From contig CM032667.1 in assembly GCA_019095985.1 (NCBI GenBank), forward strand, positions 53,754,001 through 53,816,000: a DNA stretch of 62,000 bases, given 5' to 3'. The position numbers and the translations under genes are program-made. This DNA comes from Streblospio benedicti. Taxonomy: Eukaryota. Of this stretch, positions 39,667 to 53,200 are shown one piece after another. A model generated the notes under the pieces. It ran no database searches and was not told the origin of the DNA. It worked only from the letters and a program-made list of their open reading frames with translations. Within the stretch, counting starts at the first letter, position 1; each line of letters begins with the position of its first letter.

Positions 39667-42525
39667 ATTATGTTTTATGGTAATTTTGGTGGAAACTTAC
39701 ACAAAAATTTTCATAAACTTTTTAAATTGTTTTTTTGTGACAAAAAAAAGGGGCCCGGGGAAATTTGTAAGAAAATTGTTGCCCTTTCAAGTTTAATAGT
39801 CCAGTTTTGAGTTAAAGGCAAAAAATTTTTTTAAAAGGGAAAAAGCGGGGTTGATTTTTTTGGGGAAAAATTTTGTTTNNNNNNNNNNNNNNNNNNNNNN
39901 NNNNNNNNNNNNNNNNNNNNNNNNNNNNNNNNNNNNNNNNNNNNNNNNNNNNNNNNNNNNNNNNNNNNNNNNNNNNNNCTTCTTACGTATTGCTTTGAGA
40001 AAATATTGCAACCAAGTAGCGCGGTCCATGCCTGCCTCTCTGTGGCCGCCGCCGCCGCCACCGGCGATGGGAGTATGGCGTGCGCATGACCATCAGCATC
40101 ACGCATCCTCATGCACAGTTCCGCGGGGTGCGCGGGTGACGGCTTTACATGATGCCGCATAAAACAACCACCCACTACAATAACAAGTTGCTGTATCGTC
40201 CAAATATACACCGATATGATGCCATTATGCGATGTCATGGCATAAAGGGATTGTTGCTGAGAGGCCTATGGAGGCCTCTAGTTGTAAATAGGTCTTATAT
40301 GTAGGTTCAGTACTAGAATATCTCCAGTTCTGGTAGATGTTAGTTTGATGGCACGAGAAGCGCAGGTGACGTGGAAGATGCTCATGCCAGTCCTAGGGCG
40401 AGGCAGAGTGGGCTGCAGGCAGGGCCTCCAGTGTTAATGGGGCCTCACATTTCGAGAGGGAAATGATGTGCAAATATTCAGGGTTATGTGCATTATTTTT
40501 TTTACATGAGCATACGGCGCCAGTCTGTAAAATTACACTTTTACAAGTTGCCTTTTCAGATGATATTTTTGTTCCATTATGGTAGCAAAAAGTGTCTTGT
40601 TCATTTCACTCAATGTCGTGCAAAGTCCACTTCAGCCAGGTGCCCCACTACACTGGCTCTGGTTCACGGGTTTTATCATCAACATGATTATCAAAGATGT
40701 AAATACTACAGGGTAGTGACGTGTGCAAACAGCATACTTTGTATTTACGAGACTCTGTTCTAGATGAGTAATTCACTATTATATACTCATATGTGAAATC
40801 ATGGTCATTCCATTCAAAGGTTCTATTCCAACACCTTCAAATATTGCCACAGGATGCTGCCATTTCTCACCACCAGTCTCTAGGCACTAGAGCAGCGGAG
40901 CATCCGTCTCCCGCCACCGCCTTTCAAACACCGGATGGGGTGGGGAGATACGATGGCGAGTGTACTGTGTATGCGTACAACTACCACTGTACAAAGGTTA
41001 TGTGTATGTAACATGAAGTGCATATTGAATTGTTTTAAGCGTATACAAATAAGGATTAGTAAAACATCAATCCATTCATTCAATGTCAGTAACTGTTTAT
41101 GTCAGTATTTCTGTATTCACATACAAGAGTAGGCCTCTACGCACTCATGAATGCTAGCACTATATGGATGTGAATAAACAGGTATAATCAGCACGTACTG
41201 AAGACCATTTTCTCTTACAAAGGACCCGAATTCTAAAAGCTTAATCTGTCGATTACAAAACAAAGAAAAAGTACTACAACATGGTGGCCCCCCCAGGACA
41301 TCTGCCACAGCGACATCAAACACGTCATTACATCCCATAATATGCCGATTTCCTGAGGCGGCGGCGTCAGCGGCGCTTACGGTTCGACACAGGGGAGGCT
41401 ATGTGCGAGTGTTGGTGACGGGGGTGGGCGTCTCAATCCTTGTAGCTCAAATCCTCTAGAGGCTTGTTACTCATTGATGCCTACTATTGCAGTCGATAAT
41501 AAAGCCTAAAATCAGCTCAACTTCACCAGGACGGGTGTCTGATTTGCCCACATGTCTGGCGAACCGGTGAATCAGAAATCTATCGGGGTAAATTTGGGCT
41601 CAGTTTAGGGTTGTTGTAGGCTGCAATGGAACCATCCTTTTCTTCAGCCACCAAAGGGCTATGCTGTTCCGGATATAGGCAATGAACTGACTCTTAAATC
41701 ATTGGCTGCTAACAAAATGACCTGACCCTTGACTACACTAGCTTTGGTCCAAAGTATACTTGTAAGAATAGCAATTTAAGAACAGGCAATAAAGAAATCT
41801 AGCTACACTGAGGGTGATTGGTTACCACATATTGAAGATGCAAGCCAACATTCATTATTCAGGGATGAATTGCTTACCATTTACTATGGTCTATGGTATT
41901 TGAAAAATAAACCAAGCAATTTGATATCCCCCTCGCCCCCGAAAAAAAAGTTAGAATATTTAACCCCCAAATACTACCAATACACTTTAGTACTTCCATC
42001 CATTTCAACCGATATTTTCAAAGCCCTCCATCAAAATTGAGCTTTTTCCAGGCCGCAGCCCGCAATTTTCATACTCAGTCATCGTATAAATAGTATACAT
42101 ACCCCCCCCACCCAATCACACACACAAACACACGAAGACACACCACTATCCAGAAATCCAATGTCATAATTCGTCTTCAACCATGTCTGCAAACAGAACA
42201 AAAACATATTTACACCTAGTGAATGTAATAACTAGGACTCGCACTGCGTCAGAAGAAGAGGGTAGTATGTGGCCGGCCCGTTGTCAGGTCAGAATACAGA
42301 TGAGGTGTGCCGGTGACAAGAACCGTCTTCGCAACATCACTTTCTACTCACGCCATCATCTCTCTGGCTAATAATGAGGGTGGGACGTCGGTTCTGTTGG
42401 TGATTATGGGCCTAGTTGAACCAGTGCCAAGACAGATCGTGTGTTTTGGGCATAGTCCATATAACAATTCAATGTGCCTCCATCACCTAGTGGGCTCTGC
42501 CATTTTCAGAAACTGCTGTATCTTT

Positions 42526-44298
42526 AAATCTCCCCGGACGAAGTCCAGGGGAGATTTCTAGCTTTAGTGCTGTCCGTCTGTATGTATGTATGTCTGTCCG
42601 CGTCCACATGCTTAAAAGCTTATAACTTGAACACCATGAGAGCTATTGCTTTGAAAATTAAATATGTTTAGTTTGAGGACAATCGTATGTCTCAATTTTT
42701 TTTGTACTTTGGCCTACTTTTGACGAACTTATGACCTTCGGTACAAATATCTTGTTACCACACTTTAGGGAGAAGTATTTGGCCGATTGTCGCCAAACTT
42801 CATTTGTAGCTTCGATGTACTACTCTCCAGACCTGATTAGATTTTGGTGTACGTTGGCCTACTTTTGATGAAGTTACGATGTGTTTTTAAAAAAATATTA
42901 TTACGTAATTGTGTTTATCTGTCTCCTGGGAACAGTTTATGACTTATCATCACCAAACTTGACATTTGGTATGTCTATATCACTCTCCTCACGTGATTTG
43001 ATATTAGTGTACTTTGGCCTACTTTTGAACTTACGAGCGTTACGTAATAAACCTTGTTAACACTCTACAGGGAAAAGTATTTGAGCTATGGTCACCAAAC
43101 TTCATATTTAGCTTCGTTGTACTACTCTCCAGAGCTGATTAGATTTTGGTGTACTTTGGCCTACTTTTGATGAAGTTACGATGATTAATTATTACGTAAT
43201 TGTGTTTATCTGTCTCCTGAGAACAGTTTATGACTTATCATCACCAAACTTGACATTTGGTATGTCTATATCACTCTCCTCACTTGATTTGATATTGGTG
43301 TACTTTGGCCTACTTTTGAACTTACGAGCGTTACGTAATAAACCTTGTTAACACTCTACAGGGAAAAGTATTTGAGCTATGGTCACCAAACTTCATATTT
43401 AGCTTCGTTGTACTACTCTCCAGAGCTGATTAGATTTTGGTGTACTTTGGCCTACTTTTGATGAAGTTACGATGATTTGATTATTACGTAATTGTGTTTA
43501 TTTGTCTCCTGGGAACAGTTTATGACTTATCACCAAACTTGACATTTGCTATGTCTATATCACTCTCCTCACATGATTTGATATTGGTGTACTTTGGCCT
43601 ACTTTTGAACTTACGAGCGTTACGTAATAAACCTTGTTAACACTCTACAGGGAGAAGTATTTGACCTATGGTCACCAAACTTCATATTTAGCTTCGTTGT
43701 ACCACTCTCTAGAGCTGATCAGATTTTGGTGTACTTTGGCCTACTTTTTGATGAAGTTACGATGTGTTTTTAAAAAACAAATTATTACGTAATTGTGTTT
43801 ATCTGTCTTGTGGGAACAGTTTATGACTTATCATCACCAAACTTGACATTTGGTATGTCCATATCACTCTCCTCACGTGATTTGATATTGGTGTAATTTG
43901 GCCTACTTTTTGAACTTACGAGCGTTACATAATAAACCTTGTTAACACTCTACAGGGAGAAGTATTTGACCTATGGTCACAAACTTCATATCTAGCTTCG
44001 TTGTACCTCTCTCCAGAGCTGATGAGATTTTGGTGTACTTTGGCCTACTTTTGATCAAATTACCATGTGTTTTTTTTGTCTCCTGGGACAAATTATTTCA
44101 CCAATTTGTGTTTATCTGTCTCCTGGGAAGACTTTATTACCTATCATCACCAAAACTTGACATTTTGTATGACTATGTCACTCTCCTCACGTGATCTGAT
44201 ATTTGAGTATTTTGGCCTACTTTTCAAAAATGGCCTGATCGGGGAAATGGCCTGATCGGGGAAGGGGAGATTTACGGCGTTCCCGACGACTACTCGTC
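42526..44298 (+). mobile_element. Helentron-associated non-autonomous element (HINE/DINE-1-like) with internal tandem array
   Basis: 5' hairpin AAATCTCCCC-GGACGAAGTCCA-GGGGAGATTT, then a GTCC/GTAT microsatellite and a tandem array. The 3' end has a subterminal GGGGAGATTT (44264-44273) and a small palindrome GACGActacTCGTC (44285-44298). T-rich flanks, no TSD; absent from the inverted homolog at ~49715-49722. Confidence 0.8.
42700..44225. repeat. Satellite-like tandem array: ~150-bp monomers arranged as ~295-bp dimers (~5 dimers)
   Basis: TTGGCCTACTTTT recurs about every 150 bp. The block CTTCAT..TAGCTTCG.TGTAC recurs at ~42799, 43100, 43391, 43680 and 43984. Confidence 0.9.
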
Positions 44299-47200
44299 TT
44301 TTATAGTGCACATACATTTCATACGTAACAGCGTTCTTTTATAGGCCCCAAAGACACCACAAGACGACAAAAATGTAACAAAGAAATGAAAGAAGAGAGT
44401 ACAAGTACCACAGTAATCCTAAACCTACGTGTTATTATGGACCAATTTGGATATTTGCAATACGCACATCTTTTCCAAACCAAAACTCCTATATCTTTTT
44501 GTTGATATTCTGTCTTCCCTACTATAGCCAACATCAGTCGGGACAATTTATAAAGACAAAAGGGGCAACCAGGATAAAAGGACACGTCTCAGGGACAAAT
44601 AGCCAAAAAGGCATATTCGTCGAAAAGGGACAAATAAGCCGTAAAAACTTTCCCTGGAGTATGGTGGAAAATCTGTAAATGAGAGCCTCATTCGATGAAG
44701 TCAGGCGAGGTCTCATCCAACCAGGATAAAGGACACGTCTCAATTAGCTTGGATATTCGTTTCCTTAGATTTCCCAGCATGGTGTCTGTAGAATATGATG
44801 AAGTCATGTTATTGTTGCGTATCTCGGTAGAAAAGGTTGATCGCATCTGTTCTCACAAAGTGGCTGTTGGTTTAAAGAAGGCGTTTCATTCTATGGGGAG
44901 GTGATGATGGGGTCTTAGTTTTTTCTTCTCTAGATTGTAAACAAGATTCTCATTTCGGCTAACACTGCCCTCTTTATTGACGCTTGCTGAGTTTACAAGC
45001 TTGGATATTGGTGTATTGCGACCGTGGAACATTTCGTTTGGCTATGATGTGCGCTTGGGTTTACATGTTAACGACGCGCTCGTTTGGAATGCTAATAGAA
45101 TGATTGTCCCACTTCGTAGAAACAATAATATAAGGTGCCAATGATTTGGTGTAAATGCAATCGACCAATCTTGCGCAGTGAGGAATTCTGCTTTTAACCA
45201 GCATGAACACATTGACAGCCACTGAAAAAATTGTCTAGAAGTGTGTATATGTAAGGTGCTCTGTAGCCTACTATAGGACTGACAACGCTTTTCATAAGAT
45301 TCCCGTTCTGCCCAAAACTGCAGGTTGCATTGTACGTGGTATTCACAAAAATAAATTTATCTGTAACCAAGTGTGTACATCACATATACTCAGCCNNNNN
45401 NNNNNNNNNNNNNNNNNNNNNNNNNNNNNNNNNNNNNNNNNNNNNNNNNNNNNNNNNNNNNNNNNNNNNNNNNNNNNNNNNNNNNNNNNNNNNNNAAAAA
45501 AACCCATTTTCCCCCAAAAGTAAAAATGTGCCAAAAAAAAAATGGATTCAGCACCTACTTCAGAAAACATAGTTGGCTTTTTAGTCGGAAACCCTAAGAT
45601 TTTTTTTAAGATTTTTTTGGGAAAATCCGACTAGTCTTTAGAAAACCCAAAAATCTTTTGACCCAGTTTAAATAGCGAAGAGAAAAAATCAAGAAATTTA
45701 CCAATTTTTTGCCCAAACCCATGAACCCAATTTTTTTTTTTATTTTATCGAAAAACGTTTTTAGCCCAAAGTATAAATCCCATGTTCCCCATGGGAACTT
45801 AAATTTGTATAAAATGGTGGCACGGTTTTATGAAAACATCGGGAAAAGCGGATCTCATACGTTCGTTTTTCGCTCACGTGCGTGTGCCCCACGTCCCATA
45901 CCCGGGAAAAATTTTCTAGGAAAATCAATTCCTTTTTTATCCCAAAATTTTTCTTAAAATATAAAACGTATCCCCCTAACATGCGCCGCGTACTGGGAGC
46001 AGATGCTCGGCAGATAAAAACGTTCATGGTTGGCGTTAGTCTCGAGCCACCGGCAGACTCACACTACTGCGTTCGACTGACTTGCACGCGTTGATCACTT
46101 GAAACGGACTGGGTTGACCGAGGCTAGGTTGGCGTCCGCTTGGCTCACCGATGGCGTATATTCGGCAGACTTTCAACGTATTGTAGACGTATGTTCAGCG
46201 CACAGCAGACAACGAATGCCAAAGGGTCATCTATCAGCAACCCCGACGCACGTCACACCCAGACTTTTTGGTCGTGCGTCGGTTGTGCATCGGGGTTACG
46301 CTGACCTTGCTTTCACCGTCTGCTTTTCTTACGCCGGGTTTGCGCCGGCTGTGAGTTGACTATGCGCTGGGGAAAAAAGAATTATTTAATACCAAAAGGG
46401 GTTATCTATCAGCAGATACTCGACGTATGATTTTTTTTTTTTGCCTGGAAATCCCTAGAATTTATGCGTCGACCATACGTCAAAACTAGTGGGACGCGGC
46501 CTATAGGTGTATCAATAATATGTAAAATATGAATATCATTGACAAAAATATTTCTGCTTAGTGGCGACCAAAACATATTTCTAAAATGTACAAAAATGGC
46601 GACATTTTCGCTCTTTTGGGCCAAATGGAAAGATAAAGCATGAATCATAATTTCATAACAAAATGTCGACATTATGATGTACATGTATGTGTGTTGGGAG
46701 GGTTATTGATATATAACGTATGCTTGTCAAGCACTATGTTATAAGTTTGACAAAAGCCGGTGCCATGGGTGTTAATGTTTTTCTCTACAAGATGGCCCCA
46801 ATGAAAACCACCTTGGGGTTTTGTTGTTGTTGTTGTTGTTTTGTTTTTTTTTAGTTTTTTTTTTAGATCACCTGTATAGTAAGACCACTTTACCCGTCTG
46901 TTCCTGTGACCATTCTTCAATCTACGCCCCCCCCCCCCTCTTTTAGAAATTACTCCACGCCACCCACTGGGCGGTTTTAGTGGAGAGTTTCTACTGTACG
47001 TAATGCCGGCCGGACAAAAGACTTGTGCGCCCGAGACCCCAGTGACGATAGCAGTGCCACGAGCGCGTGGAGCTGACAGATAAGGGACTTGCCTCGCTAC
47101 TTCTTTCTTCTTATTCTCTCCCATTTCTTAACATATCTCTGCACTCAACAGTTTCTATTCATGCAAACACACAGCAGGTGTATTGGCATTCAGAGGGCAT

Positions 47201-50200
47201 GTGTGTATTTCCTTTAGCGCTTTAATTCTAGGCATTCATGACTTGCATAAACATACTATCTACATAAGAAAAACTTCCTTGTGTGACCTACATAATAATG
47301 TCTTAGTGCAAAATGTAACGTTGCCAGCTGAGTTTTCTGTCATGATATCTCTATTACAATGCTGTAACGTTTCAGGTGATCTTTAAGGTAATCCCGGTCT
47401 ACGACCCGAAGCCGTGCCGATATTGATTCGGCACGTTGAAACTCCCTCGGCTTGATTGTCGTCAGCAATCAAGAGGGATTGGTTGAGGACAACACGTATG
47501 AACGGGCAGGTGGAAATGATGTCATAGTTATCTAATGATGTTTAAGTAAGTAGAGAGAATACCAATCTAACACCCTAAACTTCCTAAGGTAAAGTAAAAA
47601 TAAAAAGGTTTTATCTTGATCAGGAATCGTCTCGTTGTATGATATCAAAATGCACATTCTATTTTATCATTTAGCATCAGTGCAAAGGGCGATGTTCAGT
47701 GTAAGATTTTATTGTGTATGACGGTCTACATTCCGTCCTCTGTATGGGTAAATTTCTGTATGGGTAATGTATAGCAGCATATTTAGTGGTCACTTTATTG
47801 CTACATTCCACCTAAACTGCCATGCGGGGGCAATTCTCGTAGAGAGCCTCAGAGGAGATGTGTGTTATATAGCGAATGGTTGCAAAGTATGCAGACTTCA
47901 TAGAATACATCTACTATAATCTACTCGTTGAGATATGAGGAGGTTTTTAACCATTGAATGTCCTTGCACTAATACAGTTTACACGTTCATGGAAACATAA
48001 CTCAAACCAAATGGTCACTTAAAATTAGAATTGCACAATTGCACAATTGCACTCTGCGTTTATTGTATTGAGACACACACACAGTAAGTTTGCGATCCCA
48101 AAGCAATCCCTATTCACTCCTAATTCTGCCATACAGGTATCTAAGTTCTTGATCACTGTTGATAGGCATATCTATACCGGTTGCCGTGTTGCCTGTAATA
48201 ATCTATGCACGAAACAGAATTCAAACTGGTGACTTGCTGGTTTAGATGCCAGATCTATTAAGAGCACAGGATGGTGCTGAGGTAGCCATAGAAACCATCT
48301 ATCACCATCCTTGTACATTTGAATTATGCATGTCTCGTCACGTGACCTCCCCCATCTATATGCTAATAGCCTCGTTTCCATGTTGCACATTTTAGGGCCA
48401 GGTTAATGCATTTCATGCACGGACTTAACTTTCTTTACTTCTTGGTATTCACTCTGGGCAGTTTTCTAGTAGCTATTCCACGCATTTGACCAAATCCAAG
48501 CATTGTTATCGTAGAAAATATAACGTTCACTCTACGGCTGAGTATATGGGATGTACACACTTGGTTACGGGTAAATTTATTTTTGTGAATACTCACGTAC
48601 AATGCAACCTGCAGTTTTGGGCAGAACGGGAATCTTGGCGAAAAGCGTTGTCAGTCCTATAGTAGGCTACAGAGCACCTTACATATACACACTTCTAGAC
48701 AATTTTTTCAGTGGCTGTCAATGTACTCATGCTGGTTAAGAGCAGAATTCCGCACTACGCAAGATTGGTCGATTGCATTTACACCAAATCATTGGCACCT
48801 TAAATTATTGTTTCTACGAAGTGGGACAATCATTCTATTATCATTCCAAACGAGCGCGTCGTTAACATGTAAACCCAAGCGCACATCATAGCCAAACGAA
48901 ATGTTCCACGGTCGCAATACACCAATATCCAAGCTTGTAAACTCAGCAAGCGTCAATAAAGAGGGCAGTGTTAGCCGAAATGAGAATCTTGTTTACAATC
49001 TAGAGAAGAAAAAACTAAGACCCCATCATCACCTCCCCATAGAATGAAACGCCTTCTTTAAACCAACAGCCACTTTGTGAGAACAGATGCTCGATACGCA
49101 ACAACCTTTCTACCGAGACTGCGGTAAGCTAAATGATAGCCAATACATTGCATACAGCATAGGTGGATGAGATAACATGACTTCATCATATAGGCTATTA
49201 CAGACACCATACTGGGAAATCTAAGGAACCTTTTCGACGAATATCCAAACTAACTGAGACGTGTCCTTTTATCCTGGTTTCACTGCGACCCGCCTGGCGG
49301 CCATGTTGCGAATGAGGCTCTCATTTATTGATTTTCCGGCGTTATTGGATCTCCAGTTTGAAGGCAGTTTTTTACGGCTTATTTGTCCCGTGACGGAGCT
49401 TTAGCTGCCTTTGGCTATTTGTCCCGAGACGGTGCTTTAGTCAAACCCCGGCCCCTTTGTCTTTATAAATTGGCCGACTGATGTTGATTTCTATAGTAGG
49501 GAAGACAGAATATCAACAAAAGACATAGGAGTTACTTGGTTTGGAAGAGATGTGCGTATTGCAAATATCCAAATTGGTCCATCGTAACACGTAGGTTTAT
49601 GTATTACTGTGGTACTTGTACTCTCTTTTTCATTTCTTTGTTACATTTTTGTCGTCTTGTGGTGTCTTCGGGGCTATAAAAGAACGCTATTACGTATGAA
49701 ATGTATGTGCAGTATAAAGGAAGATACAGAAATTTCTGAAAATGGCAGAGCCCACTAGGTGATGGAGGCACATTGCATTGTTATATGGACTATGCCCAAC
49801 ACACACGATCTGTCTTGGCACTGGTTCAACTAGGCCCATAATCACCAACAGGACCGACGTCCCACCCTCATTATTAGCCAGAGAGATGATGGCGTGAGTA
49901 GAAAGTGATGTTGCGAAGACGGTTCTTGTCACCGGCACACCTCATCTGTATTCTGACCTGACAACGGGCCGGCCACATACTACTCTCTTCTTCTGACGCA
50001 GTGCGAGTCCTAGTTATTACATTCACTAGGTGTAAATATGTTTTTGTTCTGTTTGCAGACATGGTTGAAGACGAATTATGACATTGGATTTCTGGGTAGT
50101 GGTGTGTCTTCGTGTGTGTTTGTGTGTGATTGGGGGGCGGGGGTGTATGCATACTATCTATCATGGCTGAGTATGAAAATTGTGGGCTGCGGCCTGGAAA

Positions 50201-53200
50201 AATCTCAATTTTGATGGAGGGCTTTGAAAACATCGGTTGAAATGGATGAAAGTACTAAAGTGTATTGGTAGTATTTGGGGGTTGAAATATTCTAACTTTT
50301 TTTCGGGGGCGAGGGGGTGCTTGATATCAAATTGCTTGGTTTATTTTTCAAATGCCATAGACCATAGTAAATGGTAAGCAATTCATCCCTGAATAATGAA
50401 TGTTGGCTTGCATCTTCAATATGTGGTAACCAATCACCCTCAGTGTAGCTAGATTTCTTTATTGCCTGTTCTTAAATTGCCATTCTTACAAGTATACTTT
50501 GGACCAAAGCTAGTGTAGTCAAGGGTCAGGTCATTTTGTTAGCAGCCAATGATTTAAGAGTCAGTTCATTGCCTATATCCGGAACAGCATAGCCCTTTGG
50601 TGGCTGAAGAAAAGGACGGTTCCATTGCAGCCTACAACAACCCTAAACTGAGCCCAAATTTACCCCGATAGATTTCTGATTCACCGGCTCGCCAGACATG
50701 CGGGCAAATCAGACACCCGTCCTGGTGAAGTTGAGCTGATTTTAGGCTTTATTATCGACTGCAATAGTAGGCATCAATGACTAACAAGCCTCTAGAGGGT
50801 TGAGCTACAAGGATTGAGGCGCCCACCCCCGTCACCAACACTCGCACATAGCCTCCCCTGCGTCGAACCGTAAGCGCCGCTGACGCCGCCGCCTCAGGAA
50901 ATCGGCATATTATGGGATGTAATGACGTGTTTGATGTCGCTGTGGCAGATGTCGCGGGGGGGGGCGCCACCATGTTGTGGTACTTTTTCTTTGTTTTGTA
51001 ATCGACAGATTAAGCTTTTAGAATTCGGGTCCTTTGTAAGAGAAAATTGTCTTCAGTGCTGATTATACCTGTTTATTCACATCCATATAGTGCTAGCATT
51101 CATAAGTGCGTAGAGGCCAACTCCTATATGTGTGAATACAGAAATACTGACATAAACAGTTACTGACATTGAATGAATGGATTGATGTTTTACTAATCCT
51201 TATTTGTATACGCTTGAAACAATTCAATATGCACTTCATGTTACATACACATAACCTTTGTACAGTGGTAGTTGTACGTATACACAGTGCACTCGCCATC
51301 GTATCTCCCCACCCCATCCGCTGTTTGAAAGGCGGTGGCGGGAGACGGATGCTCCGCTGCTCTAGTGCCTAGAGACTGGTAGTGAGTAATGGCAGCATCC
51401 TGTGGCAATATTTGAAGGTGTTGGAATAGAACCTTTGAATGTAATGACCATGATTTCACATATGAGTATATATTAGTGAATTACTCAACTAGAACAGAGT
51501 CTCGTAAATACAAAGTATACTGTTTGCACACGTCACTACCTTGTAGTATTTACATCTTTGATAATCATGTTGATGATGAGACCCGTGAACCAGAGCCAGT
51601 GTTGTGGGGCACCTCCATGACTGAAGTGGAATTTGCACGACATTGAGTGAAATGAACAAGACACTTTTTGCTACCATAATGGAACAAAAATATCATCTGA
51701 AAAGGCAAGTTGTAAAAGTGTAATTTTACAGACTGGCGCCGTACGCTCATGTAAAAAATAATGCACATAACCCTGAATATTGCGCACATCATTTTCCCTC
51801 TCGAAATGTGAGGCCCCATTAACACTGGAGGCCCTGCCTGCAGCCCACTCTGCCTCGCCCTAGGACTGGCATGAGCATCTTCCACGTCACCTGCGCTTCT
51901 CGTGCCATCAAACTAACATCTACCAGAACTGGAGATATTCTAGTACTGAACCTACATATAGACCTATTTACAACTAGAGGCCTCCATAGGCCTCTCAGCA
52001 ACAATCCCTTTATGCCATGACATCGCATAATGGCATCATATCGGTGTATATTTGGATGATACAGCAACTTGTTATTGTAAAGTGGGTGGTTGTTTTTATG
52101 CGGCATCATGTAAAGCCGTCACCCAGCGCACCCCGCGGGAACTGTGCATGAGGATGTGTGATGCTGATGGTCATGCGCACGCCATACTCCCATCGCCGGT
52201 GGCGGCGGCGGCGGCCACAGAGAGGCAGCATGGACCGCGCTACTTGAAACGTGGGCGTTTTAAGTGTTATGCCTCGTAGAAGATTCTGGGTTGCAATCTA
52301 TTTTTTGCACATGCTAAGAGTGTGTGCAGGTGTGTTGACTAACATGTCTATTTCTTTCCTTTCACTTGATTTAACCCTTTCGTGATTCGGTAGTAGTCAT
52401 TAATGCAAAGGATGTCTGGTTCACTCTTACTGCGTTCGAGTCAATCAGACATGTATCTTGGTAAATGAGAGCTTATGTTTGGCGTTATTCTAGGCTGCAA
52501 TAGTATCACACTCTATAAGTTCAGCCCATATGTTATGCCTCGTGAAAGGTTCTGCGGTGCGGTGTGTTTAGGGTGAGTTAAGTTATGTTGTCTAGTTCGT
52601 GCACTTCTTTTATTTCACTTGAAATTTAATCACATAATTATGGGCATTGAGTGAAATTTTCCAACTCTTGCTACTTTTTATGAACTTATGAACTATAACC
52701 CATGACAGGTCAACCATTTATACATCACATGATAAATGTATAAAAAAACACATCTTCGCTAGTTGGGACAGTGTTCAAAAACATTACCAGGAAACTATGC
52801 TATTACTATCAGGTTTGTGGGGGTGCGGAGCACGCTTAATATGTGATGGTTGAGGAGTACGCTTCCGCATTCCCTGCGCTCCATCCCTACCCCTAATGAT
52901 ACGGTGGAGGTGACTATACCAACACAATCTCAAACGAATATCAGCGATTTGAAACGCTTCGCCAAAACTGAGATACTGCACTTGTTAGCTCACCCATGGA
53001 TACCCACAACCACATTATTGAAACCTTATTGAAAGCTATTGGACACCATTGCACATATAGATTTGCATATCAGCCTTGATCACGATGCCCTGATGACCAA
53101 TAATAACACGGCTTTGGCCTGTTCTGGTATCGATCCGTGTTCTGTGGACATCGCCGGCTGTCGTCTGCTGGATTTACTGCCACGGGCAAACTTGCCGGTC

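Larger units (their letters stand above)
31621..39740 (+). repeat. Gap-bounded third copy of ~21596-30495 (probable alternative haplotype contig)
   Basis: Starts at the gap edge matching 21596 and 12899. Differs by TE presence/absence and fills nearly the whole contig between two gaps. Confidence 0.85.
40013..45395 (-). repeat. Inverted copy of 48536-52246 plus the HINE insertion (probable haplotig)
   Basis: Reverse-complement collinearity, with mirrored ORF translations such as 40793+ vs 51459- and 42183+ vs 50233-. The contig is bounded by gaps on both sides. Confidence 0.88.

Noticed and set aside
42700..44225. Regularly spaced motif resembling a CRISPR array
   Set aside because: The intervening sequences are themselves repeated, the context is eukaryotic and there are no cas genes; it is a satellite.
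49860..50000. VAKTVLVTGTPHLYSD / DNGP, faint retroviral-integrase likeness (mirrored at ~42240-42370)
   Set aside because: Needs several frameshifts, and no supporting RT, RNase H or LTRs were seen.
52110..52250. GC-rich patch as a candidate third exon of the minus-strand gene
   Set aside because: The available acceptors give stops in phase 0 and no good donor was found.
52784..52981. RLCWYSHLHR, faint RTE-LINE C-terminal likeness
   Set aside because: A single short motif with no upstream RT motifs.
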